Positions 18,735-31,345 of a DNA stretch of 64,000 nucleotides are shown piece by piece. Positions within the stretch are counted from its first letter, which is position 1; every line of letters begins with the position of its first letter. Source of the DNA: an uncultured Actinomycetota bacterium (GTDB lineage: Bacteria; Actinomycetota; Actinomycetes; S36-B12; UBA10799). The notes beneath the pieces were generated by a model, which made no database searches, was not told where the DNA came from, and was given only the letters and a program-made list of their open reading frames with translations. The stretch lies in assembly GCA_963733395.1 (NCBI GenBank), contig CAVTCZ010000002.1, positions 18,981 through 82,980 of the forward strand, read 5' to 3'. A program made the translations under genes and the position numbers.

Positions 18735-19985
18735 GTGCGAGCACCCGACAACGTTGCGGGCATGGACCCGGTGCTGGGTCGTGCGGTTGACGTGGTCCTG
18801 GTGATCGCACTGCTGGACTCCCTCGCGTATATGCAGCGAGTCTGGCCGGTGGAGTACTCCCCGACCCGGTCGGTCTTCGTCTTCTACCTCCTCGCGTTGA
18901 GTGCGCTGCTCGGTCGCTTCTGGCGCAGAGTCAGTGCACCCGTACTGGCCTCGACGCTCTTGATCGGCGTACTGGTTGTCGTCGGCCACGTGACCTGGAC
19001 AGCGAACTACTCCTGGCAGACAGCCACGAACTACTGGCAGGACTGGCGCCTGATGGTCGGCTTCCTTGCGTTCGGCGCCGCCTACGGAACGGTGCGTTGG
19101 CGCAGTTGGCGGGTAACGCTACTGGTTGCCGGACTGAGTGTCGCCGCTGTCCAGGCCTTCGGCCTCGTGACCGGCAACCTGACGCAAGGGGGGGGCGACG
19201 CGTCCTTCTATTACTACCGGCAAATCAGCGCGTCCGCCGCGCTGCTGATGATCGTGGGCATGCTCATCCTGCTCCTGGATTCGCCTGTAGAGCCCAGGCT
19301 CTCTGCGATTCTGGGGTCGCTGCTAGGTGTGAGCATCGTCGTCTGCCAGCACCGGAGCGTCTGGCTCTCGCTGAGTGTGATCCTCGTTCTCAGCTCGATG
19401 CGACTGTTCAGAGAGCGATCTCCCGCGCTGGCCTGGGCGCCCATCGCAGCGACGTTGGCGCTCTGGGTGACCACTTTGCTGCTGGCTGCGGTCGCCCGCG
19501 TGCAACTGCTACCCGGTGCCGGAAGCGATTCGGGTGCCCGTCTTCCGGAGGCCGCTGCCTCGTCGGGTTCGGTCGAATGGCGCCTCGAGATGTGGAGAAC
19601 TCGGCTAGTGGTCGCGAGGTCCCTGGACGACGTCCTTTTCGGCGGCACCTTTGGTCCGACGATGGCGCTGGGTCCGGATGCGATGGTGATGAATCCAGCG
19701 AACAGCGCCCACAATCTGATCCTCGATCAGTGGATCATGCTGGGGTTGGTCGGTCTTGTGGCGGTGTCTGTGCTCGTTGTCACCGTGTTGGTAGGCAGTC
19801 GAGATCGTCTGTCATTGGTGCCGGTTATGACCTGGGGGATGCTGGCCTTCGGTGTGTTCTACAACTGGCCGCCCTGGTTCTGGCTCCTGATCGGTGTGGG
19901 CAGTGCCGCGGCGTATTCGAGGAGCAACGTACCAAACGGGGCAACCCTACGAACTCAGCACCGGGTCGGCCACGCGAACGTGTAG
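18735..19985 (+). CDS. O-antigen polymerase/ligase-family (Wzy-like) membrane protein
   Basis: About 10 predicted hydrophobic segments and the Wzy_C-like motif ..NSAHNLILDQWIMLGLVGLVAV.. Start uncertain (18735 GTG or 18762 ATG). Confidence 0.7.
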   Translation: MRAPDNVAGMDPVLGRAVDVVLVIALLDSLAYMQRVWPVEYSPTRSVFVFYLLALSALLGRFWRRVSAPVLASTLLIGVLVVVGHVTWTANYSWQTATNYWQDWRLMVGFLAFGAAYGTVRWRSWRVTLLVAGLSVAAVQAFGLVTGNLTQGGGDASFYYYRQISASAALLMIVGMLILLLDSPVEPRLSAILGSLLGVSIVVCQHRSVWLSLSVILVLSSMRLFRERSPALAWAPIAATLALWVTTLLLAAVARVQLLPGAGSDSGARLPEAAASSGSVEWRLEMWRTRLVVARSLDDVLFGGTFGPTMALGPDAMVMNPANSAHNLILDQWIMLGLVGLVAVSVLVVTVLVGSRDRLSLVPVMTWGMLAFGVFYNWPPWFWLLIGVGSAAAYSRSNVPNGATLRTQHRVGHANV

Positions 19986-20032
19986 GGCCAGGCCGCTCGG
20001 CGTAGGTTCGTGCATGCGGAGAGGAGAGCCAG

Positions 20033-21217
20033 GTGCACATCGCTGTTGTCGGCCCGGCCTCCCCTGTGCGGCTGGCTGGCGAGCTCGATGCATCGGACCG
20101 GCGGCACGCTGAGGGGTACCTCGACCTCGGCGGAACCGCTGTTGTCGAGCTTGTCCGCAGCCTGCTTGCGAAGGGCCACCGAATCACAGTGGTCACGGCG
20201 CATCACTCCCCGGGGTTCGGGCCGGCGCGATTCGTCGGACCCAATCTGGACATCGTCGTAGCCGCGGGGCGTACGCGCGCGCGTGACTGGCTGGGGGATC
20301 TGTATCACGTCGAGAGACGGCAGATGATGCAGACCATCAGGGACGCGAAGCCCGACATCGTTCACGCGCATTGGACCTACGAGTTTGAGTTGGCCGCGCA
20401 AGACAGCGACCTGTTGCACGTCACCACAGCCCGCGACTCGCCTTTCACCATTCTGCGAAGGACGAGGGACATGTACCGGGTGGCCCGCCTGGGGGTGGCT
20501 CTGCGGGCCCGGCCCGGAATCCAACAACTGTCTGTGGTGTCGCCGTATCTGGCGACGGCATGGCGACGGCAACTGCTCTACAGACGACCGATCCGGGTAA
20601 TGCCCAATTCGATTCCGCAGGACGTTCTGACTATGAGGCGTGATCCGGCACCGCACCCGGTCGTCACCTACATCGCCGACGCCGGTCCGCTCAAGAACGT
20701 CCGCACGCTTCTGCAGGCGTTCCGCCTGGTGCGTGCGTCAATTCCTTCCGCCGAACTCCACCTCATCGGAGCGGGACTGGGTCCTGGCGAGCATGCCGCC
20801 CTATGGGCTGAGACCGGCGGACTAGCCCAGAACGTGAGGTTCCTCGGTCCCTTGGCTCGCGAACAAGTGGCCTTCGAATTGAGCATCTCCTGGCTCTACA
20901 CCCACGCTTCGCTTGAGGAGTCGTTTGGTAATGCGGTTCTCGAGGCGGCATCCGCTGGTGTTCCGGTGCTGGGGGGCCGACGCAGCGGTGGCGTCCCGTA
21001 CGTCCTGGGGTACGGTGCTGCGGGGTGGTTGACCGATGTCAGGAATCCTGCTGCGCTGTCCGAGTCGATGGTTGCCCTCCTGGATCGGCCGCATTCACCG
21101 CCGCCGACTACGAGCGCCTATCTCGCGCGGTTCGCGCCAGAACATGTTGCCGCAGATTACGTGGCCTGGTACGAGTTCACGCTGGAACACCATGCGATCG
21201 GCCATCCCACACCTTGA
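20033..21217 (+). CDS. Glycosyltransferase family 4
   Basis: GTG start preceded by GGAGAGGAGA. MHIAVVGPASP.., VHAHWTYEF and ..ASLEESFGNAVLEAASAGVPVLGG.. Confidence 0.85.
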   Translation: MHIAVVGPASPVRLAGELDASDRRHAEGYLDLGGTAVVELVRSLLAKGHRITVVTAHHSPGFGPARFVGPNLDIVVAAGRTRARDWLGDLYHVERRQMMQTIRDAKPDIVHAHWTYEFELAAQDSDLLHVTTARDSPFTILRRTRDMYRVARLGVALRARPGIQQLSVVSPYLATAWRRQLLYRRPIRVMPNSIPQDVLTMRRDPAPHPVVTYIADAGPLKNVRTLLQAFRLVRASIPSAELHLIGAGLGPGEHAALWAETGGLAQNVRFLGPLAREQVAFELSISWLYTHASLEESFGNAVLEAASAGVPVLGGRRSGGVPYVLGYGAAGWLTDVRNPAALSESMVALLDRPHSPPPTTSAYLARFAPEHVAADYVAWYEFTLEHHAIGHPTP

Positions 21218-21228
21218 GTCGACGCTTG

Positions 21229-22689
21229 TCATCCCCGCGTCAGCCCCCGCGTCGACAGCAGACGCCAGAAGGTGGTCCTGCTCCTGAGGAGCCACAGCAG
21301 GGCAACCTCAGCAGCCGCTGCGGCCGCGAGGAGAGCCAGTTCTGCGAGGCTGCTCAGCGGCAGTAAGGAGATCGGGAGAAACACGAGGCCGCAGGCAACC
21401 GCCTGGAACAGGAGCACCAGGCGGACGCCGGACCACCACTGCCGGGGTGCGAGAAGGTCGGCTCTCGCTAAGGGGAACACGTACCACATCGACGAAAGCA
21501 CCCGTCCCGCCAGCAGGCCGACGGCAGCAGGCAGGGGGGTGTGTTGCTGGAAGGTCACGAGCGCACCGAGGAGAGTGCAGATCGTGGCGATGATCCACCC
21601 GATCACCGTGACTCGAAACCTCCCGAGCGCTTCGAAAGCCGTTCCCAGTGGGACCCCGATCATTGGCATCACACCCAGTAGTACGGCGATCCCCGCCAAC
21701 GAGACGGCTTCGCTCCAGCCGGGCCCGAGCAACAACTCCAGAAAGGGTGGTGCCGCAAAGTAGCCAATGCCCCCTGCGACGATCACCGGCCACGAAATCA
21801 GAATCATGATCTCTGTGAAGGCTGACTGGTTCCGCGACACGGGTCCGTCGGGCCGCAGTTCAGGAAACAGTGCGTAGTTGAAGGACGCCTGAAGGGCGGT
21901 CAGGGGTGCGGTGATCAGCGATGTTGCCCGGTTGTAGGCGCCTAGGGCATCCGTCCCCGCGAACCGGGAGATCGACCAGCCGGAGATGTTCTGGCTGCTC
22001 ATCCGCAGGAGGTTCATGCCAGAGGCGCGGACGGCGTAGTTGATGTCCTTGCGTGCATGGCGGGGGGAGAACAGGGGGAATCGTCGATCTGAGGGAACCC
22101 TCCGAGCAGTCACGAGTATGGTCGTTGCCCCGGCCACGAGGAAACCGATAGTCAGGCTCCAAGGAGCGCGCGCGCTTACTACGGCGGCCAGACCCACCCC
22201 GATGCCCACCAACTGGCCTGTCACATTCGCGGCGGCGACCCGCGTCGTCAGACCTTGTCTACGCAGCACCCCGTTGTACACCGACTGCACAGCGACCACG
22301 GGCAGTCCCAGGCACATCAGCCGCGTGAGTGTGGTCGAATCCGGAACCGCCCACAACTGTGCCCAGGCCGGAGCAACGAGGACCCCGAAGGCCATCGCGA
22401 CGATACCCAGGGAGGCGCCCGCCCCGAGCAGCGCGCGATCGACATCAGCAGTATCCTCATCGCGGCGGGCTGCGCTGAGTTCCAAGGAGGCTCCGGCCAG
22501 CACACTCAGCAGTCCGACGCCGGCAAGAGCCACGGCGTAGGCCCCGAATGCTGGCGGTTCCAGAATGCGGGAGGAGGCGGCGGCGTAGCCCAGCTGCACC
22601 AGCATGACCACGATGGAGCCAGCCGACATTGCGACGAAACCGCGAAAGACGCGTACCGCCCCTGGCTTGGTCACTGCCTGGTGTTCCAT
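21229..22689 (-). CDS. wzx: Polysaccharide flippase (Wzx, MOP superfamily)
   Basis: About 486 aa and highly hydrophobic, with 12-14 TM-like segments. Its position in the glycan locus fits a flippase. ATG at 22689. Confidence 0.75.
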   Translation of the reverse strand: MEHQAVTKPGAVRVFRGFVAMSAGSIVVMLVQLGYAAASSRILEPPAFGAYAVALAGVGLLSVLAGASLELSAARRDEDTADVDRALLGAGASLGIVAMAFGVLVAPAWAQLWAVPDSTTLTRLMCLGLPVVAVQSVYNGVLRRQGLTTRVAAANVTGQLVGIGVGLAAVVSARAPWSLTIGFLVAGATTILVTARRVPSDRRFPLFSPRHARKDINYAVRASGMNLLRMSSQNISGWSISRFAGTDALGAYNRATSLITAPLTALQASFNYALFPELRPDGPVSRNQSAFTEIMILISWPVIVAGGIGYFAAPPFLELLLGPGWSEAVSLAGIAVLLGVMPMIGVPLGTAFEALGRFRVTVIGWIIATICTLLGALVTFQQHTPLPAAVGLLAGRVLSSMWYVFPLARADLLAPRQWWSGVRLVLLFQAVACGLVFLPISLLPLSSLAELALLAAAAAAEVALLWLLRSRTTFWRLLSTRGLTRG

Positions 22690-23288
22690 GCCTGACCACG
22701 GACGAACCAGGTGCACTGCGTGTCTTCATGCACCGCCCAGGTCCCGCCCAGTTCGGCTCGCCAGGTACGTGCGATCGCTGCCTCGCCTGACCTGTGCGTG
22801 TCATCGAGCAGAACAGCACATCGCTCAGACATGCGGTCCTTGACCAAGTGGATCGCGGGATAACGGTCGTGTGCCCATTCCGACCTGTAAGCGGTCGGTC
22901 CATCCACGAGCACCAGATCGATGGCCTCCTCGAGATCCAGGTTGTTGTCCCGAAGCGCGTACCAACGGGACACCCGTAGGGGTGAGTCCTCCGTGTAGGA
23001 AGCGAGTGGACGATGGATGATCTCCGTGTGGGCGTAGGAGAATGGTTGTAGCCGCTCGCGCAGGTAGCCCGCCCACTCCGCGTCCTCCTCGACGGCGATG
23101 ATGTTTATCGCCGTTTTCGTGTGTTCCGCCCAAGCGGCCATGATCAGAGTTGAGAGTCCAGGCCCGAATTCCACGATGCTGCGCCGACGGTTGAGTTCCA
23201 GCTCGTTGCAGATTGTCAGTGCGACCGCAGGGGAGATGGAGGATCCCGTCCAGGGCAGGAAACGGTCGATGAGGGGACTCAACTTCAT
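22671..23288 (-). CDS. Class I SAM-dependent methyltransferase
   Basis: ..RRSIVEFGPGLSTLIMAAW.. (motif I) and ..LVLVDGP.. ATG at 23288; an upstream GTG near 23370 is also possible. Confidence 0.6.
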   Translation of the reverse strand: MKLSPLIDRFLPWTGSSISPAVALTICNELELNRRRSIVEFGPGLSTLIMAAWAEHTKTAINIIAVEEDAEWAGYLRERLQPFSYAHTEIIHRPLASYTEDSPLRVSRWYALRDNNLDLEEAIDLVLVDGPTAYRSEWAHDRYPAIHLVKDRMSERCAVLLDDTHRSGEAAIARTWRAELGGTWAVHEDTQCTWFVRGQAWNTRQ

Positions 23289-23379
23289 AAGGGCGACTGC
23301 ATCCCGACGCTGTCGTGGCGATCGTCGACGATCCACTCGTGCGCGTGCCCTCCATAGGTATTTGCTCACGACGTTCGGT

Positions 23380-24492
23380 CTACCACGCCCGTGTCCGATT
23401 CCGCAGGTGACACGGAGCGGGCGGAATCCCGTAGAGGGTGCAGTAACAGCGAATCCCCCGCTCGACTGCATAGCGCTCCCGAATCTGCTGCATCGTATCG
23501 GCGCTTGGCGGTGGCATCGCCGCAGCAGCCATGATGGATGCTGCAAGACCGCTGCCGTCCGAGGGTGTCCACATGATGTGTGCCTCGGACTCCTTCCAGT
23601 CCCAAAGCCCCGGCGCATCGGCAAAGACGCACCGCACACCGCAGGCCACAGCCTCCAGTGCCGCGATACTGGCTCCCTCCCGCTCCGAGGGCATCACGAA
23701 CACATCGGTCGCTTCGAGCACCGTGGCGGAGTCCTCGTTGGGCGGGAGGAATCGAGACCGACCGGCGACCCCGAGTTCCGTGCTGAGGGCCCGTTCAGGT
23801 TCGCCGGGCTGTTGTTGACCGAGGTGCAAATATACGACGTTGCTCGGCAACTCCCGTAGTGCCTCGACGACCAAGTTGTGCCGCTTCACCGGACCGCAGT
23901 TCCCAACCGTCGAAACGACGAGTGCATCGGATGGAATGGAGAAATGGTGCCGTGCCTTCGTTCGGCGATGCGTCGAGACCGGCTTGAAGCGCTGAGGGTC
24001 GTACCAGTTCGGGATCAGTCGGGCGGGGTTGTTGAAGCGTTTGAGCTCGTTGTCGGCCACCGAGACACTGACGGCTACTGTTGTGGCACCCATCATGCGC
24101 AGGAGTCGTCGCTGCCACAGACGCTCGACCCTGAGCGCACCCCCGAACTCGAACACGTTGTGGACTGTGCGGACGATACGTTTGATTCCTGCTGCACGCC
24201 CTGCTGCTGCGATCCAGAAGTTGGCGTGCTCTGTATGCACATGCAGAACGTCTGCATCCAACCCGTTGAGCAGCCGCCTGAGTCGGATGGGGAAGCTCCA
24301 CTCCGGCTGCGGGTCGATGTACCTGACGGAGTAGCCCGACTCGCGCAGTCTCTGTGAGTACGGCCCGGGGACTGCGCACTTCGAGATGATGACCGAGTCA
24401 ACGCCGAATTCCGGCCAGAGGGGACCGGCCACCGCGAGCATGGTTTCTGCGCCGGAGGGGTTGAGTTCCTCCAGTACGTGAGCGACTCGCAT
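23380..24492 (-). CDS. Glycosyltransferase family 4
   Basis: Intact 370 aa. MRVAHVLEELNPSGAETML.., VLHVHTEHANFW and ..VFVMPSEREGASIAALEAVACGVRCV.. Confidence 0.85.
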   Translation of the reverse strand: MRVAHVLEELNPSGAETMLAVAGPLWPEFGVDSVIISKCAVPGPYSQRLRESGYSVRYIDPQPEWSFPIRLRRLLNGLDADVLHVHTEHANFWIAAAGRAAGIKRIVRTVHNVFEFGGALRVERLWQRRLLRMMGATTVAVSVSVADNELKRFNNPARLIPNWYDPQRFKPVSTHRRTKARHHFSIPSDALVVSTVGNCGPVKRHNLVVEALRELPSNVVYLHLGQQQPGEPERALSTELGVAGRSRFLPPNEDSATVLEATDVFVMPSEREGASIAALEAVACGVRCVFADAPGLWDWKESEAHIMWTPSDGSGLAASIMAAAAMPPPSADTMQQIRERYAVERGIRCYCTLYGIPPAPCHLRNRTRAW

Positions 24493-24656
24493 AGGGCCCC
24501 TTTGCGTCTGCCCTGAAGGCGTAGTGATCGGTCAAGGTTCTCTGCGGCTTCCGCCGACGATGGCAATGACTCTCCCACATGCCAGGCCGCTGTGATGCCC
24601 TCCCGCAGGCACCTTGACTCGCGCACGGGGTGGGAATCCGCTGATACGCTCCTACC

Positions 24657-25671
24657 GTGTCGACCTCCGCACAGAATCTCCCGTTGGCAGTCATCGGTGG
24701 CGGCGGTGGCTTCATCGGTGGGCACCTGGCGGCCAGGCTCTTGAATGACGGATATGCGGTTCGCTGCGTCGACATCAAGCCACTCTCGGATTGGAGCCAG
24801 TTCCACCCGAACGCTGACAATCTTGTGGCCGACCTAAGCAGGTCTGAGACCTGCGATCATGCCGTTCAGGGTGCGCAGGTGGTGTTCAACCTTGCGGCCG
24901 ACATGGGAGGCATGGGCTTCATCGAGACCCACCGGGTGGAGTGCATGCGTTCGGTCTTGATAAACACGCATCTGCTCGAGGCTGCCAACAAGGCAGGGGT
25001 CGAGCGATTCTTCTTCAGCAGTTCGGCGTGCGTGTACAACACCGACCTGCAGAAGGACCCGAACGTCAGAGCCCTGCGCGAGTCCGATGCGTACCCGGCT
25101 CTGGCCGAGCGGGGCTACGGCTGGGAGAAGCTGTTCAGCGAGATGCTCTGTGAGGAGTATTGGGCCGAGCGTGGGCTGCGCACCTTCATAGCCCGCTTCC
25201 ATAACGTGTACGGCCCGCTGGGCACATGGGAAGGTGGTCGGGAGAAGGCGCCGGCGGCCATCTGCCGGAAGGTTGCCGAGGCCGCGATCAGTGGCTCGAC
25301 AGAGATCGATGTCTGGGGCGACGGTAGTCAGACTCGTTCCTACACCTACGTCGACGACTGTGTGGAGGGCGTCATGCGACTCGTTTCCTCAGACTGGTTG
25401 ACCGCGACCCCGATCAACATCGGTTCCAGCGAACTGGTGAGTGTCGAACGACCTGGTCAGCATCATCGAGGGGATCGCAGGAGTTGACCTTCGCCGGCGG
25501 TACCAACTCGATGCCCCCAAGGGTGTTGCAGGACGCAACTCGGACAACACGTTCATCCAGGATCAATTGGGTTGGCAACCACTCACGCCGCTCGCCCATG
25601 GGTTGAAGATCAATTACGACTGGATCCGGGATCAGATCCTGGCGCGAACGGCTGGCGTTGATTCCCGCTGA
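24657..25671 (+). CDS. GDP-mannose 3,5-epimerase homologue (NAD-dependent epimerase), one +1 frameshift near 25443
   Basis: Matches the plant GME sequence as I recall it: GGGGFIGGHL, FNLAADMGGMGFI, FFSSSACVY, YGWEKL, RFHNVYGPLGTWEGGREKAPAAICRK, WGDGSQTRSYTYVDDCVEGV and GVAGRNSDNTFIQDQLGW. Confidence 0.8.
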
Positions 25672-26512
25672 GCGGGGGACACAGTCGAAACGGCCTGTGA
25701 TTGCCGTTCTCGTCGCCTGTCACAACCGGCGCGACACAACGGTCAAGTCGCTGTCGGCCTTGCTCGCCCAGCAGGACCGAGTCCGCATGCGGGTGTTTTG
25801 TGTAGACGACGGCAGCACCGACGGCACCGCCGAGGCAGTCGCGCGATTCCCCGAGGCCACGGTCATCTCCGGCGACGGGTCCCTATTCTGGGCGCGCGCC
25901 ATGTCGATAGCGGAAGCGAAGGCGCTCCAGGATGATCCGGAGTATCTGCTGTGGCTCAATGACGACACGGCGGCGCTCCCAGGTGCCATCGACACTCTGC
26001 TGGATGTGTGCTTGCAGAGCCCGAACTCAATCGCGGTTGCCGCAACACGCGATCCCGTCACAGGTGCTCTGACCTACGCTGCCCGTCGACGCCTCTCCAG
26101 TTGGCATCCCCAAAGGTTCGAGCGGTTGCCCGTCAGCGACCGTATCCAGCAGGCCGACACGTTCAACGGGAACCTCGTACTCGTCCCGCGGGCCGTGAGC
26201 GAGATCGTGGGGCCCATCGACGGTGAGTTCCCACACTCCTACGCTGACGACGACTACGGGTTGCGGGCCACAAGACTGGGGATCGTAATCCTTCAAGCAC
26301 CTGGCTTCCTGGCCGAGTGCCCGCCGAATCCGGGCTCGATGCCCCGGGCCCGGGGCACACAGGCGTGGCGGGATCTTCAATCGCCGAAGGGGCTGCCGTG
26401 GCGTGCGCAGGCTCGGTTTCTGCGCCGGCACGGCCCATCCTGGTGGCCGGCAATCCTGGCTGGGCAGTACGCCCTGCGCCTAGTTGGACGCCCTCCGCAA
26501 CGGGGTCGATGA
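25658..26512 (+). CDS. Glycosyltransferase family 2
   Basis: ..VIAVLVACHNRRDTT.., ..VFCVDDGSTDGT.., ..LWLNDDT.. Start uncertain (TTG at 25658 or a downstream GTG). Confidence 0.8.
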   Translation: MIPAERGTQSKRPVIAVLVACHNRRDTTVKSLSALLAQQDRVRMRVFCVDDGSTDGTAEAVARFPEATVISGDGSLFWARAMSIAEAKALQDDPEYLLWLNDDTAALPGAIDTLLDVCLQSPNSIAVAATRDPVTGALTYAARRRLSSWHPQRFERLPVSDRIQQADTFNGNLVLVPRAVSEIVGPIDGEFPHSYADDDYGLRATRLGIVILQAPGFLAECPPNPGSMPRARGTQAWRDLQSPKGLPWRAQARFLRRHGPSWWPAILAGQYALRLVGRPPQRGR

Positions 26513-27896
26513 GTGGTCGAGCACAGGCTCGCGGCGCAGTGAGTACCTGAGTCTGGGGTTGCTCCTGGTTGTGGTCGCGGGCTCCTATCTCTTGCTCATG
26601 CCAGGCAACCGCTCGGAGACCGACGATGGGTTCGGCTATGCCCACGCCGCGCGATCCGCGCCGATCACTTTCGACCCTGACCATGCTCTTCTCGTTCCGG
26701 TCGGCAAGGCGCTCAGCGCCATTTGGGATCCGTACACGGCCCTTGTGGGGTTCAGCCTTGCGTGCGGTCTGGCCACACTTGGGATGTTCTATGTTCTCCT
26801 GCGGTCTCTGGCGTTCCAGCACTTCTACGCCATGTGGGCCGTGGGGCTCCTTGCCGCGAGCTACGGCTTCTGGCGGTACGCGGTGGAAGCGGAGACCTAC
26901 ACGGTGGGGACCTTGCTCGCTCTGCTCGTCTGCGTCGCAGCCGTGCGGGGGTGGGCGCTGCCGGTCCTGTATCTCTTCGTGGCGGGGGCGATGCTCGGTC
27001 ACATCCTCAACCTGGCTGTGCTCTCGTTGCCGTTCCGGCTCTGCTTCTCATCGAACAGGGCCGACGGCGCTGCATCATGTTCATGCTCGGCGCCGTCCCC
27101 ATTGTCGCAGCGTTCGTCATCACCGGATTGGGCTCAGGTCCGCCAGCGGATCCACCTGGATGGCTGGATGGCGTTCGGATCCCCGCGGGGTTCGGCCAAT
27201 CAGTGGTGTCGGCCAACGGCGTGCTGGGCCTGCCGGGGGTGATGGACCTCGTGACCGGCGCCTTCGGGAATCGGGACTTGACCGGCGAGCAGGCGATCGC
27301 CTCTTCGCTGAATCCTGCCTTGGGTTGGCTATGCCTGGTCTTGACGTTGGTGCTCATCGCCGCGCTCTTGACGGCTCTTGTTCTCGTTGTGCGGGGGCGC
27401 TCACCGGTCAACCGGGCGGGCGCGGTGCTCTTTGCCGGTTGGCTGGTCGGCTACCTGCCTGCCGCACTCCTTCAGGACCGTGGCAACCCCGAGTTGTGGG
27501 TGATCGCTCTCGTGCCCTTCTGGGGTCTCATCGGGTCGCTTGCCCACCGAGTGGGGCGCCAGCCACCTGCGGCCCTCATCGCGGTGCCGATCGCCCTGGC
27601 TATGCACAGCGCGGTGGTGGGTTTCGCGCCCATTCAGAGCCCCAGCAACGACGTCAACGTGATCGCTGGGCGTTGGGTGATCCAGAACGCCGGACCGGAT
27701 GACCTCGTACTCACCGATGACAACCAGGTGTTCACTCGCTACCTTCGATATCACTCGCAGGCGCAGGTGGTGAATGTGCGTGGGAACCCTGTGCAGCCAC
27801 CGCTGAAACACACGGGCCGGGTATTCCTCACGTCGTCCGCGCAGGAGAGCCTGCGGTGGGACGTCGTGGCCGTACCGGGGGCACCTGTCCTGGAGT

Positions 27897-29157
<1,261 letters not shown>

Positions 29158-29233
29158 GGGGGTCAGGCTAGTGGCTGGCCGCCGTCTCCGGGTCCATCAG
29201 GGGTGGCCCCCGACGGGTACGGTGGAGCGTGCC

Positions 29234-30002
29234 ATGTCGGGAGCGAGTGTGAGTACGTGTCGAGTGGGATCGATCCCCTTCACCGTCCTGCCGTTCGACG
29301 CCGCCGTCGACGAGGTGATCCGATGCTCATACGTCGGCCAGCCCACAGCCGTTCACTTCGCCAATGCCTACACGATCGCCCTGGCGGACTCCGACCCCGC
29401 AGTACTCGACCCTCTTCGAGGCCTCAGAGGCGCTCAATCTCACTGATGGCATGCCCGTGGCCTGGGTCGGACGGCGCGCCTACGGCCGGACCGCCCAGCA
29501 GTGGCCGCGGGTGTACGGGCCTGACGTCATGGAGGCATTGCTGGCTCGGGACACCGGGCTTCGCCACTACCTGCTGGGCGGGTCCCCCGGAACCCTGACC
29601 CGCTTGCAGCAGGTGATTGCGGAACGGTTCCCGGCGGCACAGGTCGTAGGGGCTGAGTCGCCGCCCTTCCGCACGCTCAGCTCGGAGGACCTACTCGAGC
29701 AAGACCAGCGGATCCGCGACTCCGCCGCGCAGATCGTCTGGGTCGGCCTCGGCACACCCAAGCAGGACTGGGAGGTTGCCCGGCTGGCGGCAAAGATGCC
29801 GGTGGTGGCGATGGCGGTGGGGGCCGCATTCGACTTCATCGCCGGCACCAAGCCGCAGGCCCCGGTGTGGATGCAGCGCACCGGCACTGAGTGGGCCTAC
29901 CGTCTGGCGCGTGAACCGAGGCGCCTGTCCAAGCGCTACCTCTGGGGCAATCCGCGATTCCTGCTGGCGGCAGCCCGTAATCCGGGCCTGCGGAAGGGTT
30001 GA
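29234..30002 (+). CDS. WecB/TagA/CpsF-family glycosyltransferase, one +1 frameshift near 29397
   Basis: ..VHFANAYTIALAD.. is followed in the next frame by ..LTDGMPVAWVGRR..YLLGGSPG..VWVGLGTPKQDWE..AVGAAFDFIAG. Confidence 0.8.
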
Positions 30003-30010
30003 GGCGCTAC

Positions 30011-31345
30011 ATGTCATCCGTCGACGCTGCCCCACGAGGGTCTCAGGTGCAGAGGGCCGTAGCCCGCCCTGTGTGGTTGGAGTATCTCGGTGTCGGCTAC
30101 GTCCTGCTTGCTTTGTTCGTCACGCTCAACGTCGTCCTGGTGGCCTGGGGCCCGCCTGCTCCGCGGATCACGCAGTGGCTGGTGCAGGAGGGTCGGCTGC
30201 CCGGTGCCGGGGGGCTGGGAGTACTCGGCTGGGCCGGCGCAGTGGTCATCGGGCTTGCTGCCTGGCGAGGCCAGCTGTCACGACGACAGTGGCAGATGGT
30301 CGCGGCGGTGGCTGCGTGGATCGGCTCTGCAGCGCTCTCGATGACGGTCCACGGACTGATGCAGGACCCCCGGTTCTGGTCGGTGGCGGTCAGCAGCGTG
30401 GGCGTCGCCGTCGCGGGCGCGCTGATCTCGTTCGACGTGCTGAGACCTCTGATGGTTGGTCTCGGGTGGTTCTTCGGGTGGGGAAGCGTGCTGGCGGCGG
30501 TGAGCGATCTGGTCTTCGGCTGGCCGACTGTGCTGATCGGGGACAGCCCCCGGTACGGACGCTGGTTGTCGATGTTGGGCCTGAACGTCGGTGAAGTGCC
30601 CAGTCTGAACGGAGTCACTCCCGGTCGCGTCTACGTCGGGCTCACCTGCGCTGTGCTGCTGGTCTTCGCTGTGCGGGCCGCACCGGGGCGCTGGACCTGG
30701 ATCATGACCGCTGGCCTCGTCATGGCGACAGTCTGGAGTTTCAGCCGCACTGGGATGGTTGCGATGGTGGTCGGGGTACTCGCCACGTTCATCCCGTTCG
30801 AGCGTCTCAAGGGATTCGGCTGGACGTTGGCGGGTCTGCTGGCCTTCATACTCCTCCCGCTGTCGCTGTCCGCCTGGCTGCGGACTACCGCCATCAGCGA
30901 CGGGACGACCGTCTGGCGCTTCGACCTCTGGCAGGACTATCTCGCGAACCCGCAGGTGTGGATGCCGTTCGGTGTGGGCCCGAAGCCGGCCTCGCCCGAG
31001 TATGCCGACCACGCGCATCAGCAACTCCTCGAAGCGCTGGCTGTGGGCGGATGGCTCGGCCTCGCGGGCTGCCTCGCGTTCGTCGTGCTGGCAACGTGGG
31101 TGGCCGTGCGGGCCGCGCGTCTGGACAACCGGGCGGCGATCGGTGTCCTGTTCGTGATGGGCGCCATCTTCCAGGTCGACGTGTTCACGTACAGCGCGAA
31201 CTACACGGCCCTGAACAACGCCTACGTTCTGATCGTCGCGATCCTCGTCTCCACTGCTGGCCTGGTCGACCGCGATTCCAAGGCTGAGGTTCCTGGCAGT
31301 GACTGGCCCTGCACGGATGTGTTCGGGATCGCAGGATCTGGGTGC
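30011..31345 (+). CDS. O-antigen ligase/polymerase-family membrane protein (3' end undefined: no stop before the next gene)
   Basis: Hydrophobic multi-pass protein with a Wzy_C-like ..ADHAHQQLLEALAVGGWLGLAG.. The ORF continues in frame into the phosphoribosyltransferase start at 31346. Confidence 0.65.
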
